Shown here: piece by piece, positions 13,405 through 25,936 of the stretch | Numbering within the stretch: the first letter of the stretch is position 1 | How the letters are laid out: each line of letters begins with the position of its first letter | Assembly: GCA_040954595.2 (NCBI GenBank) | Contig: CM082576.2 | Span: 7,443,129-7,507,128, forward strand | Length of the DNA: 64,000 nucleotides | Direction: 5' to 3' | DNA from: Balanoglossus misakiensis | Lineage: Eukaryota; Animalia; Hemichordata | Made by a program: the position numbers and the translations under genes | The notes under the pieces: generated by a model | Databases searched by the model: none | The model's input: only the letters and a program-made list of their open reading frames with translations | What the model was told of the DNA's origin: nothing

Positions 13405-13800
13405 TTAAAACGGATAATTTCGTCCCATAAGTAAAGTTAACACAGGCTGATAACGTTAGAAAAGTCAAAATATAAGTACAGCAACACACGCGACTGTCTC
13501 TGTTGAAGTAGACGACCCTGCCAAAGGTCAGACAAGGTCAAAATTGGTTTGCAACAACTTTTCTCCAATTAAATTAAATTTCAACCAATCAGAGTTTCCG
13601 AGTCGCCAACCCGTTCTGATTACGTCCAATCACTGTTCGTGTAGTTAGTGCATGGAGCTTGTGATGAAGAAATTGCCAGATGATGTTCTGTTTTGTTTGC
13701 GTTTGAACTGGTATTGTTGGCGATTGATGTGATGAAATGGAACGCGCTTTACAAGACAACAGCTTCAGTACTCCCCCTTGTCTAGGTTCTATCCATGAAT
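13405..13800. promoter_or_regulatory. Bidirectional promoter shared by MKKS/uORF (-) and the SLX4IP-like gene (+)
   Basis: CpG-richer interval between the first MKKS donor (GTAAGT at 13404-13399, minus strand) and the SLX4IP ATG at 13799. Perfect AGGTCA-n4-AGGTCA at 13525-13540 and CCAAT boxes near 13585 and 13627. Confidence 0.6.
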
Positions 13801-16800
13801 GATGGAATATCGCCCCAGTTCTTTGGTTAGGGTGAGTTGAAATCTCGATCAAGTTTAGCGGGCTTTTCGAATGCATGAAAACGTGAACTAGAGAGTCTAT
13901 ATATAGCTGATGCCCAGTACAGTACATCTATTAGTAATTCTGCACCTGATTGTGGCCTGTAGGTTGGCGGTTCACAAGCAATAATGATCAATCTCAGTGT
14001 GAAAAAACGAGACAATGCCTTGCGTTCTACCTGGTTCCAGGAACAACACTTCCGGGTGAGTTGGTTGACTGACACATAAATAAAACTACCTGTCTGAATG
14101 TTTAATTAAAGGAACACATGACATACTGAAAAAAAACTATGACCAAAGGATTTTAAAAAGTTTGAAGGTTTTTAACAAGATTTGTAAAAGTATGAAATTC
14201 CACCAGAAATCAAGTAACATTTGTGCAAAATTGAGTAAATATTGATTTTTCAAAGGTCGAAAATTCGTGTCATGTGACCACTGTACAAATAATGGTTGTG
14301 TGATGTACCCAATTTCATCTGCAACAGTTTTAAAAGTATATGTCTGATTGAAAAGTAAAAGTTATAGTTAAATTGTCAAAAAAAAACTTTGGAGACATTT
14401 GGATTGACACTTGTGAGAAATGCCAGCACTGCGATGAATTTGTATCAATATTTTTGTTTCATTTCCTCCAAATTGCAACAGGAAGTGCTGGCTTTACTTC
14501 ACAGCAACATTCTCCAGTATGTCCACGAATGTACAAGTAATGAACCAAAGAAGAATACAGATAAGAAGAAATGGAGTGGTGTCCTAAGAGCTGGCGAATT
14601 GACAGGTACTAAAGAAAGGAACAAAATGCACTCCCCTGCATTGATCAGTTTGAACTGCACAAAACACCCTTTTTAAATGATATACACTTTACAGTAGTAA
14701 AATATTGTACTTGTGCGGTGTCCTTAAGACTAAGAGATATATTTATCTGTTTCTGTTTTCAGGGATGTCATTACGTGTCAAGTATCATTTCGCAAAGAGA
14801 CATATTCACAACACCTGCCTGATTCCAGAAAACATGATTGATTTGAAAACTTGCCAAAAACAGAATGGTGCGTTCATTTTCACTCCGATTTCAAGTACCA
14901 TATATCAGTTCAAACAATCAAGTCCTGTCAGTTGGTTTCTTTTTCAGTCTGTTTCCGACCAAATATGAATGTGGAAAGTCTTTAGATTGGATAGATATAA
15001 AGTCTCTCTGATCATCATAAGTTTAGGCGACAATGGGCATTTTTGCATATGCCTTTGCATTACATACAGGTTACCCTAAACAACAACACATAAGACAATT
15101 GTTTTCTATGGTAATGACAAACCTGGCATTTGTCCCAAATTTTCAAGGGCTCTTATTTCTGCCTAGCGCAGAATCCAGAGGGCCTATTGACTTTCAAGTC
15201 GTATTTCCCACCACAGATATCAAGTACAAGAATTATCACATCCTTCCACATAAAGTGGTTGTGAGAGTTTATCAACACAGGAACGATGGCTCACAGGGAA
15301 CATGCAGTGTTGCCAGCTTACAAGGGAACAGTGACTACTTCATCCAAAACCAGGCTTCAGAAAAGGAGGCAGACTCAACTGCAACGATCAGGTCTGCACA
15401 AAGAAAAAAATTAAAGTTGAAAAGCATGTAAGTACTTTGGTGTCAGGTTTTACAAATTAAGGAGTATGAAATATTTTGCTAAAGGAAAGTGACCGGAGAA
15501 GTTCATATCAAATATTCTCTGATGATAAGAACTTGAATCTGTCCCAGATAAACTTTGATGTAATTTTTATGTGTCTTTCCCCTAGACTAAGACGACATCA
15601 AGAATCACAAAAATCCAAAGTCTCAAAATTCAACTTGTCTGGTGGAGGATTTCTTGAAGAAGGCAGAAATAGTGATGAGGAATCCGAATCCAGCCCGGAA
15701 TTAGAATCCAGTTCGTCTGAAGAAAATAGAAAGATGCCAGTAGAGCAGAGAGATGAAATTCCTGGTGATAAAGTGGTAGAAGGTGTTTCAAGTGATGAAA
15801 GGCAGAGAGCTGTGTGTGACAGCAGTAGGAATTTTCACAGGAGTGAAAAATTGGATCTCTTGCCTGTATTGGCCGATTCTGAAGTCTCTCGTGATGGAGA
15901 ACCAGTCTTAAATGATGCTCAGGGTGCAGGAAAATTGCCTGCTCACAGTCCGAACGTGTTTGACATTGATGTGATGAACGTCAATCGATTGACCAGCAAA
16001 GTAAACAAGCTGTCACGAAAACAGCAGAAGCGGAAGAGGTATGATGGAGAGCGCACTAGCAGTGATGTTGCCAGGGTTACAAATGACAGCAGCGCCACCA
16101 ACAGTTCAAACGAGGAGAGGATTGGTGGTGCAAGAGAGAAGTTCACTGCAAGTTGTCGGATGGACACAAGTCATCAAACTAAGGTTGAACAGGGACTTCA
16201 TGAAGCCTCTGAGGTTTCTGATGATTCTGCAAGTGCAGGCCCTTTTCATGAGAGAAAGGTTGATTTTGATCAGATTTCATGTGATAGATTTAGTACTAGA
16301 GGTAACCATACAGTCACAAGCAAATGTGATGAAGATGATGATGTACTCAAACCGGTAAATATTGTTGAGAGTGCTTGCAGTCTTCGCAAAGATCAAAAGA
16401 CTAGTCAAGCAAATTCATCAGTTTTGCCTAATCGTCCACGACATATGAAGTCGAAACAATCTGGTCATCTTAAGAAGCCCCTCTCAGATAAACAGAAGAA
16501 ATCTGACAAAGAGAAGGCACGATACGAAGAACTCCTGTCCCTCATGATCAGTGACTCTGACAAAGACGAGAATGACAATTCCATGTTGAGTTCTTCACCA
16601 ACATTTTCTGGACACTGCTTTGAAGATAAGTGCAACGTGAGCCAACAACAAACAAAACCAAGGGATATGCCGCCGAAACATTCCAGCAAGGACAGAAATG
16701 TCGAGGACTCAACCAACAGAAAACGAAAAAGACTGATGTCTGCTAAGAGTCGACAGTCCAAGTTGATGAAACTTGAAAAGGATACTGTGCCAAAGGTGAC

Positions 16801-18178
16801 AAAAGACAGTGACACTGACTCCAGTTCAGTGGTTGATCTAACCTCACTGGCGGTCACAAAGTCAAGGCTGTCTTCATCAACTCACCAAAGAATACGCTCG
16901 CGTTTGCTCAACAGCAGTGGGAGTCAACAGTGTGGAGTGAGTGCGGTAGATTCCAAAGACGATGATTCTGAAGAAAGTTGTATGATAATTGAAGAGAAGT
17001 GCACCGAAAGAAAGACAAGCCTTGAAATGTATACTCAGGAAATGGACAACTCTCTTCAGGGAATCAGGTAAGAAGGCAATGTTGGCAATGTTTGCTGTGT
17101 CCATGAGACAAAATATTACATGTATGTTGAAAACTTACATTCAGATAGCAGGAAGTCATACCCATAGACTAACATTTTACATTTTTCTACAGGGACTTGA
17201 GTGACCTGAGTGAGGAAAAAATTAAATATCTTGTGTACAGGAATGAAGCTTATCTCAGAGGAATCTTTCAAGGAAAGGTTAGTGGTTGCTCAAATGCCAA
17301 ATATAAGTTAACTCTTGGAGTGGAAATATTTTTTGTCAGATCATTTGGAACGGTTTGCTTAGAGCATGAAGAGAGGGAAAATTTTCATTGCATTTGATGG
17401 ATCAGCCAACATAGATGACTGAGAAAAGTCCCCATGTTGAATGTTCAGTACTCCATCCATCAATTACAGATTTACAGCTGGCGACATGAAGATTACAAGA
17501 AGGGAGGAAACAGAAGAGGTAAGAAAATTGTTTGCTGAGATGTTTTGCCAAGTGATTGGAACTCGTCAGTAGTTTTCATGTCTTCAGCTCAGCAATGAAA
17601 TCATGGTCCAGCATTTGAATCACTTGCAGTAGTTTATTTCCATCTTTTTCCCTTCTATTCAGTCAATCTGACTTACCTGGTCCATATGACAATGTTTTCT
17701 GAAGAGCAGCAAGAGGCAGTGATACAAGCACTGACAGATATGTTTTGTGCCAAACATAATAAAGTAAGTGTTGTGTCTACTTCACCCTTTATGGACCGAT
17801 TCAGTCACTGAGTTATTCAGTGCCTTATGCTGATCTTGATCACCATAGGTGTCAATTTAAAAACTAAAATTCAATCCATAACAAACATCATACTACTAGC
17901 AAAATAGTGTGGTGATGAACAGACTGAATCTTCAGTCCTGTGAGGGCGCTTCCCTCCACCTGCTCCCAGCTCACCATACAAGCTACATTTAGTTAATTTA
18001 CAGGTACACACTGTGTCTTACTTTTATCCTACAGTATCTGGACTACGTTTTAAAGGTGATGTTCGCCGAAGCATTCATCAAAATTTACATGGACATTCAC
18101 CACACTACACACGAGCAGTCGGAACAAATCATGCAGGATTACTTGAAGCAACCGTTGTCATCTCAACAGACTCCATAG
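13799..18178 (+). CDS. SLX4IP: SLX4-interacting protein-like (N-terminal SLX4IP domain), long disordered linker and PWWP3A/MUM1-like C-terminal helical domain, ~820 aa
   Basis: Exons 13799-13831, 13963-14055, 14482-14605, 14763-14867, 15172-15427, 15586-17067, 17193-17277, 17470-17518, 17663-17763 and 18035-18178 join in one frame. N-terminal motifs AIMINLSV..STWFQEQHFREVLALL, GMSLRVKYHFAKR, ILPHKVVVRV and GNSDYF parallel SLX4IP motifs as recalled (AVLVDL..TSWFSEQKKEEVCLLL, GFQITAYFLKR, VFPDRFVVCV, GVSDYF). Its position head-to-head with MKKS supports orthology. Confidence 0.78.
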
Positions 18179-19934
18179 CTGGGACAAGAAGACTTTCATG
18201 CTGTGCTACAATTGGTCAAAAGAAGTCACATGACAAGAACATAGAATAGGGAATTCTTTAATGAATATTAGATGTTTACTGTTAAGTGTTGGCTTGAAAT
18301 TTTGTATTTTTAAAACCGAAATTTCATCTTTTGTATTCATAATGCTAATTGTATATTTCCTGAAGCTTTAATCAGTGTTTAGGTCATGAGTTGTTCAAAA
18401 GTTTTATATTTATTGTTGGCAAAAAATTATTTATGAGATATATTACCGTAATCAAAAATGGCATCCAGCCATATACTCGGATGGGATGTTGCAATGTATG
18501 GAGGGAGGTATACTGATTTCAACTGAAAATTACAAATGTAATAAGTAGCAATTCATGATATCAGATATTTGCAGTTGTCCCGTAACCTGTCAATGTCTTT
18601 CTGGTAGAGTCTGTGATTGATATCCAAGTGTTCAAAGTTGGATTTCTCAGTGAAAGGTGAAACAGGCCTGTCATTTTCTTTGGCCTCAAACATGGCGAGC
18701 AGACGGATGCACAGAAACTCTTTCTGGGAACATATACTTCTGTACCCATTTCAATGGGCACCAAGCTGTAACCATGGAAACAGTTGTATGGCAAAGAATG
18801 TCAAGTGTTAGCCCTGGGATGCTCTGGTTAGGGTGGTACACACCATGAGGACAGATTTTCACAACTGATCGATCTCCAAGCCTTTCAAATCTTTAACTAT
18901 TCTTGTGTGTTTAAAATATTTTATTGAAAACAAAAAGAAACTCACTGTTATGGCAATAATTAATGACATTTTATTTTTTTATGCAATGATGTTGAAATAT
19001 TTACAGAAATAAAATTGTAGTTGCATTATGTTGTTGTGTTCAAGCTCCATTAACATAAGGGTGAAAGGTTAAGACTACTGATTACAGTTATCGAAAGATG
19101 TACCTTGTCAAACAACAGAACACCCTATCAAACAGCACAGTTCTTGAGGCAGCTTGAAAGACTTCACAGTACATTGTACGCACATTAATTTATTTGTACA
19201 AATTACACATTTACAATAATATACATAAATACATGATATCTACACTATTATCAGATAGTCGCTGCACTTGATGGGCACATAAATTCAAGCTGCCATGATC
19301 AAAATTAAGTAATAAGCTCAACAATCTTCCAGCGTTATATACTGTAATGTTACATACATAATGAAGTCATTCTGCTATCCCAGTGGCCATATAAGAACAC
19401 AGCTGTCATAAATAATTTTGCACAAGGTTGAAATTGTACTACTGCAGCATATATGCATGATACATGTCTAATGGCTTCAACCCATTTACCACAAGACTCG
19501 GGTCTAATCCCTGTTGTTTACAATAGTACAGGTGGACATATATATTGCCAAACAGGGGTGAAAACGTCCGGTCTGAAAATGATACAATCAAAATGAGGTT
19601 CATGTCATCGCAATGAGAATTTCCATGTGCACATTACACAAAAGAATATATATCAATGACATGTGAATTTCCCCCCTAATAAAATCAAAAAGCAAAGTTT
19701 TTTTCCCCAATGTTCTTGCCACCAAAACCTGGTTGCCTCTCACTAGAGAATACGGCAGAGGTGTTATAGATGTCGCTGCGCTCTGATTTTAATCAGATTG
19801 GGACGTCATGTACTTGGCTTAGGAATGTAAATCTGGAACTTGCAGACATCACGTGGTAGGCTGGCAGCAGTCTTACTTTGCATCTCTGAGTTGCGTGTGG
19901 AGGTTTACCAGTATATTGAAAACTAATGAGAATT

Positions 19935-22900
19935 TCAGTTCTTCCATTTAATGCTCTGAAAGAAAACATCAACAGGAAAATTATGTACTGAAATGTCACA
20001 CACATATTTTCTTGCTGCAATAGTCACTGCCATGAGACATGCTTTGTTGCTTTATTTTGTGCCCTGGTTTCAGCTAAACAGACCAAATCAACAATAACTG
20101 AGTCGTAATTTCAACACTGTAAGATCCGTTTCACTTCATTCACATAAACAGTACTGTTGTGTACCATGAAGATGAACAGCTGCAAACACGACTTTCCTAA
20201 AACACCAGACTGGGAAAACTACTAACAAACTTGGAAAGTATTTCCCCAAGTGCTGAGATACTTACTGAATTCCTAAGTATTGTTTCTAGCCGTATCGCTT
20301 CAGCACTTCTAGGAGGCAGCTTGTTTTCAAATCTCAGGAGTGCTTGCCTATCTTTGAGCAGCAGGAGTGTTTCGATCACTGTGTGGGGGCAGTTGAATTT
20401 TGTGGCCATGGATAACCTTAGGTCTGTGTCGTCGATATGCAGTAAATACTTGTCCAAAACCTGTCAGTGAAGATGACACCCAACATGCCAAATGAAATCA
20501 AAGTAGCAAATGCACTAAATGGATTTTGCACTTTGACATTTGACCGATAACCTGAATATTGCTTACAATACGTACCTGCTTTGGTGCATTCATTTTATTT
20601 AGAATATCTACAACTTTTTCAAATCCTATGCTGGCCTTCATCTTCTTCCCGCCAAACCAACCCTGTCGTAGTCAGAACAAAATAAAACCCAAAACTATTA
20701 ACCTGAAAATTGTTCAGAAAAAGATATCCTGGCTCCACGGAAATTCTGTCTTAAATCAAACTGTATTTGATATGCGCAACCTGATCCAATACGGTGGACA
20801 TGAGTCAATGAATGTTGAATTGAGATTAGACTACATACCTTGCCTGTAAGAAGAGATTCTATATCACCCCATTTTTGGAGTTTTGCCCTTGCAGTAAGAG
20901 CTGTGTACAAAAACTGATTTTCAGACAGTCGGAAGTCTCTCCTTATTGAAAAAGGACTGGCTATGGAATTCTGTTGGCGAGAAACATAATAACTGGTTAT
21001 TATAAAATCTGCATTAATCACTCAAACAGTAATCCTGGCTGAAAATAATATCCGCAGGTATTTTTCTTTACAGTGTTTATTTGTTTCACTCAGATATTTT
21101 TCTGAAGTTCAATTCAAGTACACACATGTCACATGGTCTGCCGAGATAGGCTCAAAGGTCATGTACATAGTGCGGATAAAAATCTCTGGGTGCTGCTTAC
21201 CTCAGGTTGTTCATAGTGATACATACAACAGTAAAATAGAGTGGTTATTGCTGGCATAAATGGTAGAGGTGCTACCCTTGGGTGGGATTTGAAGACACCA
21301 TATTGGGCTTCTTGCGAGAGGCGGGCATCATTTTTCTGAAATGTAAACAGTGCCATGGTCACTGACAGGAGAATTCCAGATCTGTGATCAAAGACTTTGC
21401 AATGGTCTGGTTTCCAATGAAAAGGTAGTGATGATGGTGACAACAACAAAGTTAACCCTAATTTTAATTTTCAGTTGCATTCCTTGAATTTCAGGTTATG
21501 TGCAATCCGTCTGTACATTACCTCTATTGCTACTTGTCTTTCAAGTAATGCACAGTGATCCTGTAAATGCTCTGTGGGTTCAGATAAGCTCCAGTTGTCT
21601 TTGAATTGCCCCCTGCAAAGCAAGAAATTTTTGCTGCGATGAGATACATGTACATCCTCATACGAAGACAATGCTGCAAGTTGTATGCATCTATAGTAAT
21701 CTTGAGCTCAAATGCAAAAAAAAAAAAAATGCAAACACCCACAATATTCAGGAATTTTGTATTTTTTGGTAGACTAGCGGTCTAGAGTCGAAAACAAGAT
21801 TAAATTTTAACATTACTTTATCAGTAGCTCTCAAAGACACTAATTATAGGCTAATTTTGGTGTTGTGTCTTTCTTACTTGAAACAGATGTTCTGAATTGC
21901 TGTGTTTCTTGTTACCTACCTATAACAGTTTTGTAAATTTCTGAGTTTGTCTTCTGGCTGTGTGAAGCCTAAAGCTTGTTTGTATTTCAACATCTGAAAA
22001 AAAAGAGACAAATCAGAATGATCACCATATAGACATTAGTCATTCAATATTGGTATTGACAGACTGATTGGAATGTTTTGTGAAACCAGACAAGCTGGCA
22101 ATTTAAGCAACGCTTCATACTAGTAAATAGTAGCATACATCACACACACACACAAACACAAACAAACAAACAAACAAACAAACAAACAAACAAACAAACA
22201 CAAAGATGAATCATAAAAAAAGTGAACTCACTGCAGCTTCTTCAGCATTTCCAATATTTCTGCGGAAAAACAATTTAATCCTATAAACATACATGGCACA
22301 ATGGCTGGAGATGCACTCGATGAGATTTCATGTATTCAACACAAAAGAGCAAAGATTTTCCAGTTTCATGCAACGTGTAACCCAGCTCCCAACTGACCCT
22401 AGTATGATTTCACCGCTTCACATTGTACTTGAGGTCAAAGATTGGAATTATGAAAATCCAGACTTACTTCAAGAAATCCGCCATCTCTGAAAGCTCATAG
22501 TGACACTTCAAGTAGTACAAGTACTGACCGACTGCATCAGGTCTTTTCTTCACTTCCTTAACAAATAGCGTCTTTTTTAACGTGTTTCTCAAAAATAAAA
22601 GAACCTATGAAGAAAACGAAATGAAAATATTCATATTAGAAATTCATGGTTTATCTTTGTATTCTGTAATACTGTTGTCAATTTTAACACAATGATCATT
22701 ACAGAAAAAAGGCAAATATTTGTATTATTGAAATTTCTATAACACTATAGAACTTACTGCTGTGATTGCATTGCCATCGTGTACTCGTACAGCTTCATCT
22801 AGCAGAGCAAGCTTGCCTGATAATGATTTATGGAGCTCCAATGAGCAAGGCTGGCCAGCTATCAGTCTCTTGATTGTCTTTTCGGCAGTTTCTGTCGACC

Positions 22901-25900
22901 ATCTGTTTTCTTGAGCCGACTGCAACACAATAACATGATCACAAAACGGATCAATAGTTGTGTTACAGTGATAGAGTATTAAACTTTGTTTTTTTTTCAT
23001 TTCTTTGCATTATTTTATCCAATGCCCATGTCCACAGATCCAACCATAACACTGACAACAACACGATGTTGTAGTTCAAGCAAGTCTTGTAACAGTGTCA
23101 TTTGTTGGGCCTTCAGACCCGAAAACTGACCTCCAGAGATCTTGTCAAGAACTTGACCTGTGTTTCCAGCTTGGCGTATTCAGTTGCCGTAAGTGGCTTA
23201 CTTCTGGGAGTTGCTTCGTTGACAGCTGAAAGGATTGAAGGAAAAAAGAGAGAAGTTATGGATGGCTGAAAAATTCTTGATTGAGGGCAGTGTCTCGGGA
23301 AAATTCACTTGTCATAAAATGTTTGAAGGAGCCCATAAGAGGATGACAATTCAGAGAGCCAAAGAAACCCTAAAAACACTCGCAAGTTGGTTGCAATAGA
23401 AGGACTACAACTACGTCTTACCTTCAGCAATGCTTGATGGTTCTTTTGGTGTGGAAGAGAATCCAGATCTGTTGTTGCTGCTACCTGGTAGAAGAAAGAA
23501 TGATACCAGGAACCATGTCAATACAGTGTTATTTTACTGAAAGATGCTAGTCTTTCTCGATCCACGGTTACTTCTAGTAACCGTGCTCAGTCGTATAAAT
23601 GACTTGACAATACACAAGTCCAGTTATTATGGTGGTAAAGTCAGAGGTTTACAGTTAGTCATGACACCTGGTTTCAGTCAAGTTGTATATACATGTACGC
23701 CCTTTTTTAAAGAGACCAAGATCAGGTTGGCAAGTCAGTTGCAAAGAATGCAATTTTAACAAACAGCTTACAGTCTAGATGAAGTGCCCATAATCAAACA
23801 TGTATAATTGTGTTTACTAATACGATCACCATGTTTGAAAGGAACAGAAGGAAGAAACAGCTGTGTTTGCTGATGTTTCTGTTGTAATCCCGATTTTTGG
23901 ACTGCAATTTATGTATTTGATTTTACTGTAAGATATCAGTGTGCGTATGAGAAACACTGCATGCTGTTCAAGCAAATAACAAGTATCATCCCTTCCCTCA
24001 CCATAGCCACATAACAAAAAGAAAACATCCTGTTTGAGAAAATATACCCTACAATACAATCGACTGCCCTGAGGTGTCGAACAGTGAAACTTGCTCAAGA
24101 AGTCGTGCTGTTTTCCACATGCATGACAGGCAAATCCATGTCAATCAACAGACAATGTTTACATCCTACTTGCCTATATGAGCTGCGTAATTATTTGGCA
24201 GCCGGGCATAGTCCTCATCTTGTACTAAAGAGATAAAGAACTAGACACAATGAAAACTTTGTCCACAAACTTGTCTTGTTTGTCTTGGACAACCCCCCCC
24301 CCCCCCCTTCCCTACATCACTTCACACAAAACACACTCAGACTGAGATAAATTTGATTTTCAAGTACATACCATGACTAGACGTTTTTGAATGTCTGCCC
24401 ACAGAAACATGCGAAGAAGCTGGTGATGACTTACGACTGCTGGTGCTTGAAGACAATGAAGGACTTCCATGCGGTCTATACCTGGCCGATTTAAGTTCTG
24501 CAGTGAAATAAAATAGTACATATATTGATTTAACAACTCTCCTCTCAAAAAAATACTGCTTTTGGGGGTTGTTTTTCAAAATTGTGGTGTGCACAGTGAA
24601 AAATGTTCAGTTTTACTCCACCCTACACTGGTAATGGTATGGTTCAACAAATTAAACAAAAGGGATAAAGCCCTTTCAAAACAACATCTGCACAGTCGTT
24701 CTGCCCTGCACTGCAACTGTAGCACCCGGCCTCTACAGAATATAATACAGACCTCCTGTCTTGGTGCCATCCCACGTGATAACGTCCATTGTGTCTGAGT
24801 CATCGTCTCCGATGTTCTTGGTTTGTTCTCTGAAAGCCTTGGAAAATTCACTGGCCTGCTGTTGCTTGGTGATGCTCAACCAGCCACTCTGCACACGGTC
24901 AAACAACACACATGGAATAGACACAGTCAAGAATGGCAGCAATCAGTGTAGACTAATAGTTTTGTCCCTTCTTTTCACCAAATTTGCTGTCTTTTCTTGA
25001 TTTCTGATGCAGGTTATGGTCACCGCTATCTTGTCTGTTGTTAGGACAGCACACTGCCTTATGGCATTGACTGTATATATTTTTTGTACCCAGCGTCTCC
25101 GGTTTGGCACATGCGCATGAGACGATCGTGGCCCTTTAATGCTAGACTCACCATTTCACTGTCTTCAAAATCTGTGACATCATCCTCAAAGTCAAATGGG
25201 TTGGTTAGAGTTTTCTTGCTAGTCTGCCCCCAGTACTCGTCATCCTCCTCCGCGGAAGTCTTTAAAGTAGAAAAGAACAACGGGTTATTTGTTATATTAG
25301 GACAAACAATTTAGATTTGAAAGAATAAAAGCATTGTTGAGAGTACCGCGTCATGTCAGACAGGATTCAATTTCAGGTAGCTAGCCGGTGTTACAGTGAG
25401 ACAAATTTTCATGTATGAGACATGGCAATCCTACGGGCAGACAGCACAACCCCCCCCCCCCCCCTCCCCGAAAAGCAAACACCCGGCACCCAGCCCTCCC
25501 TCGAACAGATGTAACAATAATGCCACGCCCCCACATAAACAAGAACATCAAGTCGCCTTCAACGTTTGAATGGAAACACAAATAGTTATACATCGAATGT
25601 AGTGCTATTAAAGACAAGAAATGATTTGTAATAACATCTAGACACCTGATACGCATCACGGCCATTTGGGAAAGCTCGACAATCCTCGCCTGCGGTTTGC
25701 AATGGAGATTGATACAATAATGACAAGCCAATCTCTCTTGTACATACTGACATGTTTGATTTGGCAAAGGGCAGGCCTCAGTGACGTAAAAAGAGATGTA
25801 ACTGGAATGACGTTATGTTGACTTGGCTACGTACGACTACAAATTACGCATCGCTGCCATCAAAACACCGATTATGACAAGATAAAGTCGTAAGCCGTTT

Positions 25901-25936
25901 CCGGGTCTTACTTACCCTACTCCTGAGGAACGCCAT
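19935..25936 (-). CDS. VIPAS39: VPS33B-interacting protein (SPE-39/VIPAR)
   Basis: Start MAFLRSR spliced to TSAEEDDEYWG. Further exons encode DVITWDG, TIKRLIAGQPCSLELHKSLSGKLALLDEAVRVHDGNAITAV, HLQDHCALLERQVAIE, TTLFYCCMYHY, LYTALTARAKLQKWGDIESLL and FNCPHTVIETLLLLKDRQALL. The last exon reads SIKWKN*, stop at 19935-19937. Confidence 0.93.
22151..22204. repeat. (CAAA)n microsatellite preceded by (CA)n, in a VIPAS39 intron
   Basis: Visible tandem AAAC units. Confidence 0.95.

Noticed and set aside
14107-14285. Possible TTAA-flanked MITE with CACATGAC inverted ends in SLX4IP intron 2
   Set aside because: The inverted match is short and degenerate and the right TSD is missing; insufficient support.
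15476-17071. 531-aa ORF as an independent gene or transposon protein
   Set aside because: It is bounded by splice sites in phase with flanking exons and is the large internal exon of the SLX4IP-like gene.
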